A DNA stretch of 63,470 nt, filler included, from Welwitschia mirabilis (taxonomy: Eukaryota): assembly GCA_051453625.1 (NCBI GenBank). It is 4 parts of one record of this genome, joined end to end, with 100 filler letters (N's around TTAATTAATTAA, not from the genome) between each part and the next. Parts side by side here need not be neighbours in the genome. Positions count along the whole stretch, not along the records: positions 30,324 to 59,822 come from JBOZIK010000001.1; positions 59,923 to 63,470 come from JBOZIK010000001.1; 2 more parts are not named here. The stretch is one strand, 5' to 3'. The position numbers and the translations under genes were made by a program. Below are positions 51,001 through 63,470 of the stretch, piece after piece (position 1 is the stretch's first letter; each line of letters begins with the position of its first letter). The notes under the pieces are model-generated. The model had not been told where the DNA came from. It did no database searches and was given only the letters and a program-made list of their open reading frames with translations.

Positions 51001-54000
51001 ATAATGTAGTAAGTAGTGCTTACTACTTTAACCCAAAACGTTTTAGGAATCTCCTTATCATTTAACATTGTTTCAATCATTTCTTGAAGGACTCAATTCT
51101 TTCTCTTAACAATTCCATTTTATTGAGGCGTCTTTGAGACTAAGAATTGATGTTTTATATTATTGTATGCATAAAAAATTTTAAATAGTAGTTTTTAAAT
51201 TGTCCTCCATAGTCACTTCTAATTTTCTTGATTATGTAACCTTTCTTATTTTGATTTTATTGTAAATTTCAACACAACTTTTATATGTTTTAGCTTTATT
51301 TCCAAGATAAGAAACCCAAGTAAGTCTAGAGTAGTCATTAATCATGGCTAAGAAATAATATTTTCCTTTTAAACTTCTTGGTTAGGCTAGATCCACCAAG
51401 TCCATGTCAATAATTTCAAGAGGCATTATTGTGGAAACTAAATTTTTACTTTTATGAGAATTTCTAACTTATTTCCCTTTTTGAGATGCATTATAAAGCT
51501 CATGTTTTTTAATGTTAATCTTGGGAATTCCTTTCTTAATTTTTTTAAGTAACTATTTTGAGATGATCATAATTTACTTGTCCTAAATATTGATATCATA
51601 GTTCTTCTTGATTTGCATGACAAAAATAACATGTAGATAAAGACTAATTAATACTATAAACATTATCTATTCTATTTACCTTAAGAAGTGCATCATTTGT
51701 TTTTCCATGTCTAACTTCATACTTTTTTTTAAATAAAAAATAACTTTGTACCCTTTATCACAAATTTGATTAATACTAAGAAAATTTTGCTTAAGGCCAT
51801 TAACATATAAAAATTTGTTAATCTTAGGAACATTACCTCTACTAGTGCTTCCAATTCCTTCAATCTTTGCTCTTTTATTATCATCAAATGTAACTTCTCC
51901 TCCATAAAAGTAATCTAAATGTTATAATCTTGACTTATTACCTATCATGTATTTAGAGTAATCACTATCTAAGTACTAGCTAGTTCCATTCGATATCTTA
52001 AAAGCTATTTGGATCAAAATACTTTTCAAATTATCAACATGTACCCACTTATTCATTTGAACTATTATTATACACATCCATTTAGGATAAATTTAAAAGG
52101 AAAAGTACTAATAGAATTTAAAAAGAAAATTAATTTTCTAGCATTACAAAATAATTTAGAGTAAGCCAACTTATCATAAAAATGACATGTTATTTTTGAC
52201 ACATAATTATTTTACCATGTTTCTTGATTCGGTTGATTTTGTGGTCTTTGAGAGACAAATCTAAGACTCTTATGCACTAGTTTCCATATCTCAAGCATCT
52301 ATTCCAATTTAGTTGAACCATTTGAAAGTTTACTTATAAAATGAGACAAGCACTTTACCTTTTGAGTAAATTTGAAATTTTTGATTTAGACCCATCTGTA
52401 CTTTGTATCTAACTCCTCCTTTTCCTTATCTAGAACCTTTACTATTTTGTTTAGATTATTAATAATTTTCATTATTTTTTCAAATTTTAAGTAAATCTCT
52501 TCACATATGTCTTCAATCTCATTTTGATCTTGTTCAATAAAATCTAGATCATTTAGTTCTGATGAAAAAGGTATGTTCTTTGTTGAAGGGACTATTTCCA
52601 TGGAAAAAAGTCTTCTGTCTCCATCTGATTCTTGACTTAAGATACTATAATCTTCTTCATCCACATTATCCCACATGGTAATGAAGAATGATGTTTTTGA
52701 TTTCCTCTGATTTCTTTTGTTGTTTAAAGACTATAACATGTCCATAATCCTTACAAGTATATCATTGGATATTCTTTTCTTATTTCTTGATATTTTTTGA
52801 ATTTGGAATGATTCATTTTATATCCTCTACTTGGTTTACCTTCTTTCTTTATTCTGTGTAATATCATCATTAAGGTCTTCATCTGATTTTTAAGATCTTT
52901 ATTCTTTCTATACACTTTTCAAAGTAAGACTTTCCTTTTTTCTTTAGTAAATTTTAACTCATAAGTTTTAAGATTACCTTGAATTTCCTCAAGTACTATT
53001 TTATTAATGTTCTTATGGCTATGATCTTTAGGTCAAAACATTTTAAAAGAAATCTTAAAACTTTTCGAACGTCCTTCCTTCCTTTATTCTTTCACTTAAA
53101 CGTGCCATAGAATTTATAATGTCTATTAGTCTAGTAAAGAACTCTTGAAATATCTCCTCCTCTTTCATGCGTCTATATTTAAACTTAAAAATGAGCATTT
53201 GTAGCTTTGTCTGCTTTATAATAGATATTCCTTTATGTGCTATTTGAAAAATTATCCTAAGTATTTTTAGCATGTTCATAGTTTACAATCCTTCTAAACT
53301 CATCTACACATACGATGCAAAAAATGGCATTAAGAGAATAGGCATTTAAGATAGCCTTGGCTTTGTTAGTGGGGGTCCATTGATTTTTAGATTTTTCTAC
53401 CACTATTGTGGTTCTATTTATATTAGTTTTGGATAGTATAGACATTATACGTTTATTGTAGATTACCTCCTCTATTTCTACATCTAAAGATCTAAAAAAT
53501 ATTTTCATATAGGCCTTCCAGTAGTCATAGTTTATTCCATCAAATATGGATTATCTTCTAGTATAAAATCCATCTAAAGGAATACTTATATTTAGGGTTC
53601 ATGATTCTAGATCTGTTAAGATCTACTAATGACTCTACCTAGCTCTGAAACTAAATGAAAGATTTAGAACCCTAAATAGGGGTAAATAGGATTTAAAAAT
53701 AAATAAATTCACAAGCTATCTCTACAAGAATTGAATACTAAAATGTTTGTGTAAATGAAAAATAAAAAGTAATCTAAAAGTAAAGAATAGAAAGCATAAA
53801 ATACCAATGAACATAAATGCATGGTTTATAGTGATTTGGGAAACCCTCTACTCCACTCTTGATAATAAACTCCTATTTAAGCCTGATCCAGATCTTCATT
53901 AGTAACTTTCTAGGTACTTCATGTTTACCTGTAATCATTTACAATTAAATGTTTTAGAGGCTCAATTTGAATCTTTAGAGAGGATGCTATTTGATGACAA

Positions 54001-54919
54001 TGATGTTCCATAATGCATTGGTTCCACCACATCTAAAGTACAATAATGATATTACTACATTGCTTAAAATAATATCATAATTCACATATGTATAGTGTAA
54101 ACTAATTAACTAAATACTGATGATTATAAAAAAATGTTTGTTTGTCTTTTGTCAAATAGAAGATATGTCAATGAGTAGTCTAAAAGATCTTCAAAAAGAT
54201 ATTCAAAAGTGGTATAATGACTTTGACACTTGACAAATATATAGAACAAACATTTTAGGATTTTACAAGTAAAATAGATTCTCCAACAAATAAAAAAGAG
54301 AGGTTAAATGGCTAAAAAAATTCATGTTTCCATCATGAACAGTTGATCTTTCACAATGCTCAATCGACCCCATCAAGTTCCATCACTGAAGTCAATTACC
54401 CCCAACTTCTTCTAGTTGACCCATGTTTCTTATGTTTCCATGTCTAGTTAACTCCTTAGAAATCTAATCGATTGCATGTCTATTTGACTACATTTTCATC
54501 TGTTTGATCCCATGTCTAGAAAAGTGCAGTACAACATTTTTAGCCTAGGTCTAGTCGACCTCTCAAGTATTCGATTGACCCCTTTATCAAAAAAGATAAA
54601 ATCATTTTGCTCCAATTCTAGTCAACTCCTCTAGAATCTAATTGACTTCTTGATGATTAGATGTGACACATTTTTTACTCAGGTCTAGACAATCCCTTAA
54701 GAATTCAGTCGATCCCTTAGTAATCTGTCTTAACACTTCATAATACAGGTTTACTTGATCCATTAGGAATCTAGTCAATCCCTTTAAGGGTTTAAAACTT
54801 GTTTGGTTTAAGTAAGATTTGTGATAAATTTTGTAGCTTCTAGCCTGTAAGGATTAATATTTTCTATAAAGAATATAACACATTTTACTAAAATAGAAAA
54901 TTTTATTTTGACATCAACT
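48053..54919 (-). mobile_element. Decayed Ty1/copia retrotransposon, Sirevirus (SIRE/Maximus)-like; 5' LTR 53656-54919, 3' end lost
   Basis: Copia domain order on minus: gag (53055-53508), protease *YLDSDYSKYMIG (~51940-51980), integrase RSDYGGQF and TPQ*NGIV (~51000-51450), KAIFLGYS, RT IIQIYVDEIIF (49689-49916), RNase H DIFTKP (~48880). PBS remnant at 53642-53653. LTR end CCTATTTACCCCTATTTAGG...TTTCA resembles the Sirevirus C-rich signal; GTCGAC-type repeats occur in the LTR and after pol. Confidence 0.9.
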
Positions 54920-54929
54920 TGACAAATTA

Positions 54930-57045
54930 TAACTCAATAGTTTAAATATTTTATGAAGTAACTTTTTATCACATTTGAACTTAGCATGAGATTTATGAAT
55001 GAGTTGACGATGTATAGCACATGCTTATTTTTTATCTAAATGATTCAATTAGGATAATTTAGTTTTAAAATTTTTATAACGATCCACAAGATTAAGTTGA
55101 TGAGAAGAATGACAAGAGTTATAACATATATCAGCTCATAAAATACAAAATTTTTCATACATAATTTCATAAGGTGAAAAACTAAGAGAATTATGCCAAG
55201 TAGTATAGTAAGCCTAAATATTATTGTTAAGCTTAGAATTCTAAGATTTCTTATTAACATAGATAAGTTTTTAAATCACTTTCTTTATTTTTCTATTTGC
55301 ATTTTTAGCTTAGCTATTAGTTGGATGATGATAAGTATAAGCTATTCTATGTTTAATTCCAATGTATAAAAGTAGTCTCCTAAAAAGATAATTAATAAAA
55401 TAAATTTCTTGAACACTAATGATAATTTTAGGAAAACTAAAACATTAAAAAATATAAGTTCTAATAAAATTTCAAATAGTTCAGATACCATTCATAAAAG
55501 TAGGAATAACTTCAATCCATTCAGTAACATAATTAATAGTTACTAAAATCTAGTTTTTATTATTAGAAGGTTGTTTAATAGGGCCTATAAATCAATTCTC
55601 CTATAGTTAAAAGATTCAAATTTAAGAATAAGTTTAAGGAAAATATCACAATAATAAATAAGACTACCATAACATTGATAAGCATCATACCTTCTAACAA
55701 AATCAAAAGAGTTCTTAAAATAACTAGAATAATAAAAACTAGAGTGAATAATTTTCATTGTTGTTTTCTACCCACTAAAATGACTTTTACAAATACCACA
55801 TGATAAAGATAAAGGATTTCTAGTTTTTTCCATTTAGGCATATATTTTATCATGACTTGCTCTTTGCTCCTATAGTAAAGATGTGCCTCTATCCATTCAT
55901 AATTACCTATTCTATGGAAAAAAGATTTTCTTTAGTTATGACTCTAATATTGTGGTGTTTTTATGGTAACAAGATAATTAGCTATATTAGTATACCAAGG
56001 AGGAGGATAAGTAGAAGATATGACAAAAATCTATTCATCTAAAAAAGAATTATCAATCATAAAATTATTAAGAGAAGAAGAAAGATGTGATAAATAATCT
56101 GCTATATTATTATGTTTTTCTACTTTATGATGGTAAACTTAAATTTTTGCATGAGGAGGATCCATTTAATGAGTCTAGCACTAGAATCTTTCTTGGTTAT
56201 GAGGTATCTATTAGCTACATGGTTAGTATAAACATTTGTATAAAAGCCTAAATAATAGTATATAAGATTATTAAGGCAAAAGATTATAGCTAACATTTCT
56301 TTCTTAGTAGTAGTATAATTTAATTGAGATTTAGAGAAAGTTTTGCTATAATAAGATATAACTTTAAAATCATTTTTATACTTTTATTCAAGATCCCCAT
56401 CCATGACAATATTACTAGCATCACACATTAATTTAAAATCTTTATTGCACTCGTGTCCTGTTACAATAGGTGTAGAATAGATTTTAACTTAAGTGTTTCA
56501 AAAGCATGCTCACAAGACTTATTCCATTCAAATTTAGCTTTTTTTTCAAGTAACGAGTAAAGAGGTTTTCAAATTTAATCATAATCCTAAATAAAAAAAT
56601 TATAAAAACCATAATAACCAAGAAAAGATTAAACTTATTTTATATTTATTGGAGGAGTTAGGCTTTTAATGATACTTATGCTTTTAAGATTTATTATAAT
56701 TCATTCACTTGAAATGTGGTGATCTAAGATAAATTCATTATCAACTAGAAACAAACTCTTCTCCAAAATAAAATGTATACCACTCTCAATGCATCTATCA
56801 ATGACTTTCTCTAACCTTTCTATGATTTATTTAAAGTATTCACTGAAGATTAAGAAGTCATCCATAAAAAAGTTAATTTAATCCTCTAATATATTAGAAA
56901 ATATAACTATCATTGCATGTTGAAAAGTATTGGGAGCATTACAAAGTCTAAAAGGCACACATATAAAAGTAAATGTTCCAAAATGTGAAGTGAAAGTTAT
57001 TTTAGCTTGATCTTTACTAGCTATACAAACCTGATTGTAATCACT
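54930..57045 (-). pseudogene. Ty3/gypsy (Athila-like) pol remnant: RT, RNase H, integrase N-terminus
   Basis: SDYNQVCIASKDQAKITFTSHFGTF...PFRLCNAPNTFQ...FMDDFLIF, and NYTTTKKEMLAI (~56290-56320). Confidence 0.85.
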
Positions 57046-57679
57046 NNNNNNNNNNNNNNNNNNNNNNNNNNNNNNNNNNNNNNNNNNNNNNNNNNNNNNN
57101 NNNNNNNNNNNNNNNNNNNNNNNNNNNNNNNNNNNNNNNNNNNNNAGCCTTAGTCCTTTCCTTACGCTACCCATGTGGGATAAATGCAATCCCACTATTT
57201 ATTTTAGATGAGCCAAAATACACTCTGGTAATCTCTGTTCCTTTCTTAATGCTGCTTGTGCTGCCTTCATTCCCCCTCTTGATCTTCCTTCGCTATCAAT
57301 CTCCTTACGCTACTTTGAACTTCATCTGTGTTGCAGTCTTTCCTGCGTCTACTCTTATGTATCTTTCTACTTAGCTGTCTTCTTTTTCATTGTGTGCCAG
57401 ATGCCTTTTCCTGCGCTGGCCTATTTCTCTGCTCTGCCGTTATGTGCTTGCATTGTGTTGTCTGCTTTGAGAGTTACCTCCCCGTAACGTCCTCCATGAT
57501 CTCTTTGGCATTATTATTTTTGCCTAGTTTCTTATGTGATCCAGAAGATTTCTTGCCAAGAATCACAGAAGCTTGATTAGCAAAATCCTATGCATTCATC
57601 ACCCTTGGCAAGCAAAACACAAACAATGCTAAAGAAGCGCCTGTTATTTCAACATCATCTTTGTCATTTTACCGTGATC

Positions 57680-57859
57680 TTTCCCTACATTCTCGGTCAC
57701 GAAGCCGTAGGCATTGTCTATAGCATTGGCGAGGGTATATTCCATCTGAAACAGGACTTTGTCCTATCTGTCTTCACTGGCGAGTGCGATGAATGCAGAT
57801 ACTGCAGTTCCGAGGACAGCAACATATGCTATCAGCTGCGCCTCGCCCTTGAGAGAGGA
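57680..57859 (+). pseudogene. Fragment of a zinc-dependent alcohol dehydrogenase (plant ADH/ADH-like, MDR family)
   Basis: [19 protein letters not shown]...[26 protein letters not shown] catalytic-Zn motif and the four structural-Zn cysteines; only ~60 aa present. Confidence 0.9.
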
Positions 57860-58992
57860 TATGCCTCTGTCGCTCCACAACAACAATCGCAATGACGGAA
57901 CTGCACAGCCGAACAGGCAAAAGTGCTTCAATCGCTATGCCTCATCACAATTAAAGACTGCCCGGTGAAATTGAGGTCATATGTTGATCATTACGGCTCG
58001 GCCAAGGCCTAAATTCAATGCATTTAAATTATTGGAGTCAAGCTTAAGAAATGAGCATGCCTTCCAGGGCCCAGCGAGTGTCTAAACATTTCGGTTATGG
58101 TCTACATGTATAAACTTTCCAGGGTTGGAGCCCAGAAAGGGTGTCTTCTAACAAAAATCTTTGTGGAAACTTCGTTGAAAATTTCAAAGAGGAAGCATGA
58201 TTGAGATGTTTTGCTGCTTGAAAATTGCAGGGTACACTGTCACAGTTGAATTGCAGATCGTATTGATGCATGAAAAAAATTTCTTTTGGGATGTCGCACA
58301 GTTGACAGCATGAAACTCGATTGACAGTGAGAAAGGCTGAAGTGTGTAAAGATAACTACGAATGCAATGGTTTGGAATCATTAACGCAGATGGCAGCGTG
58401 CCACGTAATCTTGTTTTGCAATATACAAGGAAAAAAAGAAGGCAGAGTTGGAAAGGGGTGATATTATCTGTCTGTCCTTTAGTCCTAAGGCACACTGTAG
58501 TGGGCTCTCATACAGTAGAGCTATTGAGGTATCCATGAAGGATCTACTATGGATTCCTGCCGAGATCGCTGGCCTTTAAAACACCTGAAGGTGCTGGTTC
58601 TGAAAGAGGATCCAAGATACAAATGCAAGAGGGCAGTACAGAAATGTCCGCATATGCCTCAAGACATTTGTCCAGAGGTCGCCATGCAGATGGTGGATAC
58701 GACGCTTGCGGAAGAGGCCTTCGACAGAGTTTAAGTCATGGGAGAGGAAGCAGAAACAAGCCAATCTGTGGAATAGCACTACGAGAATGACAACATAAAA
58801 GAATTTTCAAACTCACTAATGGATGAAAACAACAAGTTGAGACTTGATTCTCAGTCAATTACTTATAGTGACCTGGCATAAAAGACGCATGCGAGTTGCG
58901 TTGTGTCTTTTCTTATATTCATTGCAGAAGGTCATGATTTAGCCCTGCGGAGTTTGAAGATGAGCCTTTGCATGATCGACATAGAATCGATG

Positions 58993-59109
58993 TCACATCA
59001 AAGGTATTGCATTGCTGACTATGAAAAGGGAAATTCTTTAACAGAGCCATATATTGCTCTGCATAACATACTGCTTGCTCATGCTCTCTCTGTTAACCTC
59101 TATAGAGAA
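58993..59109 (+). pseudogene. Fragment of a glycoside hydrolase family 1 beta-glucosidase
   Basis: GNSLTEPYIALHNILLAHALSVNLYR matches the plant GH1 motif GNS.TEPYI..HN.LLAHA.AV.LYR. Confidence 0.85.
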
Positions 59110-59939
59110 CTTCCAAAAGAACCATGTATTACTTTTTAAAATTGTCCCTTCAGTCTTTCCAAATTTGTTCATAATGTAATTTAAAGCTACCCATTCATAA
59201 TAAGATTCATCAACACTAGCAGTTATCTTAACCCAACCTTTTTGATTTATGAAATTCCTTTATAATATGGCAAGCCCCCTTTTTTTTATATTCTGTATGT
59301 AAATATTTATTCATTTAATATCGTTTTTTTTTCACAGCTCAATCACGCTTTAGATTTCATAAGCAATTTGTCTTTTTAACTCCTTATAGTTAAAAAAAAA
59401 AAGAATTTATTAAGTTTAATACATTTGTGAAAAGATATCTATTTTGAATAATAGCCCTGCTAGTCTTTTTATCTACTCCAAACCATTTTCTTGTCTATTA
59501 GTTTACACAATGATTTTAAAATTGGAACAAGCATTTGTAATGAATCGCAGTCTCTGAAAAAAAAAACAATGCAAGCCTTTCTTCTTATTACGCAATGTTA
59601 AAGCCTGTAGTGTAACAACAATGCATTTCATCCAGCCATTTCAAACGGCTTCAGTCCTCATCCACTCACTGGTCAATACCTACAATCCTACATCAGCACC
59701 ATATATTGTTGGAAGGCATTCTATTAACATGAAAGTAACGCAACATGAGAGCATTCAAAGTTTTACTTCACTGCCTCATTCGGCGATCTGTGAAGCCCAC
59801 TGCCTCATTCGGCGATCTGTGGNNNNNNNNNNNNNNNNNNNNNNNNNNNNNNNNNNNNNNNNNNNNTTAATTAATTAANNNNNNNNNNNNNNNNNNNNNN
59901 NNNNNNNNNNNNNNNNNNNNNNAAAAAAAGTTAAAAAAA

Positions 59940-62220
59940 AAAAAGTTATGTAAAATACGACCATGATATTTTATATTTGAGATAGCTCAAAAAAATGGTC
60001 ATCATGATGTCCTACCACAAGTACACTAGGTAAATATTCCTAAAAGAGGTCTTTGGTAGTATAATATAGTAGCTATGGAAACTCTACTGGGGGGTCTGCT
60101 AGTCATGCTTCACGGGTTTTTACTTCTCTGACTGTGGTTGAACTTCCCTCAATATGGATAATAAAATAATAAAAAATTAGATACTATAGAATTAATGGTG
60201 TTCCTAATTTCATCAGAGGTATTTTTTATTTCCTAGACTCTTAGCCTTTTCACATGATTATTTCATTTCTTGAGCTTTAGATGTTTGTTTTAAAATGTTA
60301 AAAGGTGAGTTCATTATTGAGTAACTCTTTGGTACTATCATTCATTTTTTAAAAGCATTTCATTTTTATCATCATTATAACCATTGCCTTATTGAATGGA
60401 ATTTTTTATGCATCAAGTCATGGATTTTAAAATCAAATAATGTTATGATTTCCTTTATAGAAGTTTGTTAGGTTAAAATTTTAAGAAGGTAGGCTAACTT
60501 TCATTACCTTATGTCCATTCTTTCTATTTTCTTTTGTTTTTTGTTAGTTATTTCAAAGTCATTTCCATATTTTCTTATCATTTTAGGATCCTAACATTTA
60601 ATGCTTTCCTTACCAAGTTTTCAATAAAGAATTGAATTTCCTTAATAATTTTGTGATGTTTATTTCTAGTCTTTTGGAGTTCTCAACACTGCTCATAATC
60701 ATTTTGTGATGGAATACTTTTTTTTCTTGTCAGAATATTTCATACATCTATATTTTTCAGATCTAACATTTCTTTACTTAGATTTTCACTTAATTTAAAA
60801 AGTTATCCAAATTCAAAAACATCCATCATCTGTCTTCTCACTCCTGTTTGCTATCTTTGCTTTATTAACCAATATGGAATGTATTATTTTTCTCCAAGGG
60901 AGGTAGGACCCATTTTCATGGTTCATTTTCATAAAATTTTCAAGTTATTTTACATATTTCATGAGATATAATTTTAAAAGTTTTACTTCATACACATGAT
61001 GCATAACATATTATTTTTGTATATGATGTAAGAATTTTTTATAATCTTTTGTTTAATTTTTGTCTTAAGATAAATTGGCTCTCATTTGTGGTTTTCCACC
61101 TAGTTTTTATCAAGGACTAACAATGGCTAAGAGGAGGGCTATGATGTGTTGCTAATTTATATGTATTTGATGCCATTTTATAAACTATTTTTAGGACATT
61201 TATACAAATTTAGATGTAATTCTAAGGATTTTGGAGAATTAATGGAAGATATCAGAAATGTGCAATTCTTGGCATAATTTGAGATATTTAAGCTACATTC
61301 TGATACATATGGCTTTTAAGGAAGATTACTAATAGAAAATTCTAGTTTCTCCTCACTACATGAACAAAGAAAACCATCATCCCCTCTATCATCATCATGA
61401 CAGGAGGACGTTGACTATATTTGATGCTAACATGGACTATTAAGTGATCTATTGAAACACTACTAAGTCATCTTTTGTAAGGAGTTGTTATCCCCTATAT
61501 CATCTAGACAATAGTTAGGACGACACTGTAACCAACTCTGATAGCCAATCTTTGACCATTTCATCCATTTATTTTCTGTAATGGAGCACGTTTTGGAGCA
61601 TCTTTTGTGTAATGATTTTGCTATGTATCCCTATAAATAAGACCCTTCTTTGACTCTCCTATCCATCTTTAATGCACTGTAAATTTGCATGACAGGAGAT
61701 TAAAGGACAAAAGATCCATCTCAAGAGTTGTAGAAAGACATTCCCATGATGGAGGGCTATGCATTCTCCATTGAGACCTGGTTATTTTGTAATCCATATG
61801 TTAGTTTCTTTTTAATATAAAAACTCTATTTTCATTATTTTATTTAGTTTTATCAAATGTTCCTTATGGTTTATGTTGCCTTTGATCTAGTAATAGTTTC
61901 ATTGATGATATAGATCTTAAAGGTAGCCTTTATTAAGGCCGAAAGAAAGTAGTTTTAGGATTATTTTGCATTGCATTTAGATTTAGTTGCTTTCACATTT
62001 GCATTGAATTTTTATTTTTTACATTATTTTTAAGTTTTAATTATTTTATTCTTTATGAAAATCAATCCTCAAATCTCATCTTATTGTCTTTAATGAGATA
62101 TGACATTCGGGTTCACTCACTAATTATATTAGTGTGTTGTGTTGTGTAAGATATTTATTTTATTTGTGAATGATAAGATCTTTTTGAGTATAAATGTTTG
62201 CATGAATATACATAGAAAAA
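59940..62220 (+). mobile_element. Athila-like 3' UTR, PPT (AAGAGGAGGGCTA, 61129-61141) and 3' LTR 61142-62220
   Basis: Reverse-complement homologue of 18404-20100 and 41679-43570; the LTR starts TGATGTG. Confidence 0.85.
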
Positions 62221-63297
62221 ATTACCTTAATCTTATTAATAAGAAGCTTAAAAATCCTTCATATAGGATTCTACATATTATTAACATGATACTATAAAGA
62301 AAAGATACCTGACCTTCTTCATGAAAAATATTCTTCAAAATTACAACCCTCTTGATCTTGGTGAATACAAGCATCCTTCCCCTAGGAGTGCTCTATATCC
62401 TATTTAACAATCATCCCTTATAATTGCTCTACTTAATTAATTTGATCAAGTAGCAATCAAATATTTAATATTTAGCTAGATAGCAAGACAAAAAGCCACA
62501 TGTTTACATTATAACTTTAGGCATAAAGGCAAATAGGGGAGTGATCAAAGGATGTAAAGTAGTGAATATAATAGAGGATTAGACACCAAGAGGACTCATA
62601 AAACCTTAAGAATTAAAAGAGGGAGTTACAAAAAAAAATCTATTACTTACAAAAATGATTCAACATCAATCACCTCATAACAATGATCTCCCTTGAATTC
62701 AGTTAGTAATAGAATTACTAAGCCAGATAATGAGTAAACTAATAGGATCACTTACTTTAACCCTTGAGAAAATTATTTTATAATCATTCACAATAAGTTT
62801 TATTTTTTTTTGAGTAGGGATCAGGTAAGAAAGATTGAGAGAACCATAGAAAAGATAATAAGAAGTAAAATATACTACTAAGTTATAAATCAAGAAAGTA
62901 GTAGAAGAAAATTACTTACTTCTTCCCTTAATCAATGCTTATAGTTCAAAATTATCAAGGAGAATTATGCTTCTCTTCCTCCTCATTAGATAGAATAGGA
63001 ACATGATATGAAGTAGGAAGTAGGAGAGTCATTTCCTTCCATTAAGATCAAGATGTTCAAAACAAATATTCTTCCTAAGTATCCATTTATGGTAATAAGC
63101 AAATTAACAACCAAAAAGCATAACTTTCAATAAAATAAGAGGTATAACCTTATCAAAATAAGTACCTTATCAAAAAACATAGCACTAGTAGAGGAACAAA
63201 CAGCATTATCCTCCTCATGAGAAGAAGAAGTGGGTCCATAAGGATGAAGTCAAGGAAGAGAGGATAAAGGCGTAATAATATTATAAGAAAGATTAGT

Positions 63298-63470
63298 TTA
63301 TATTAGTGTGTTGTGTTGTGTAAGATATTTATTTTATTTGTGAATGATAAGATCTTTTTGAGTATAAATGATTGCATAAATATACACAGAAACAATTACC
63401 TTAATCTTATTAATAAGAAGCTTAAAAATCCTTCATATAGGATTCTACATATTATTAACATGATACTATA
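63298..63470 (+). repeat. Near-identical duplicate of 62124-62296 (LTR end plus flank)
   Basis: Direct comparison; 1174-bp offset. Confidence 0.9.

Noticed and set aside
57236-57510. Resemblance of its reverse complement to purine-rich tracts at 13380-13510 and 3974-4110
   Set aside because: Only short matches in compositionally biased sequence; not enough to assign this island to the giant-LTR family.
59770-59821. 29-bp tandem (actgcctcattcggcgatctgtg x2) at a contig end
   Set aside because: Only two units before an artificial join; cannot tell a satellite from an end artefact.
62221-63290. Possible gypsy integrase/gag remnants (also 30324-30900, 37995-38420)
   Set aside because: Too eroded for any motif to be supported without an HMM search.

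Overview
AT-rich, strongly CpG/CHG-depleted plant heterochromatin from a gapped draft assembly. It has many N runs and three artificial 44N-TTAATTAATTAA-44N joins. No intact host gene is present. The window is a nest of decayed retrotransposons: about ten LTR copies and several non-autonomous internal regions of one Athila-like Ty3/gypsy family, a near-complete decayed Sirevirus-type Ty1/copia (48053-54919, minus), a gypsy pol remnant, a 5'-truncated L1 LINE with a 15-bp TSD, and a TRIM. The most unusual structure is 2238-17836. It is a Tekay-like element with two roughly 6-kb LTRs separated by only ~106 bp (PBS plus PPT), and the two LTRs carry different gene-like cargo at the same position, including a recognisable LYR-motif gene fragment. 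A second cargo-like mosaic (57146-59822) joins an apparently intronless alcohol dehydrogenase fragment and a GH1 beta-glucosidase fragment. All homologies were recognised by eye; no searches were run.
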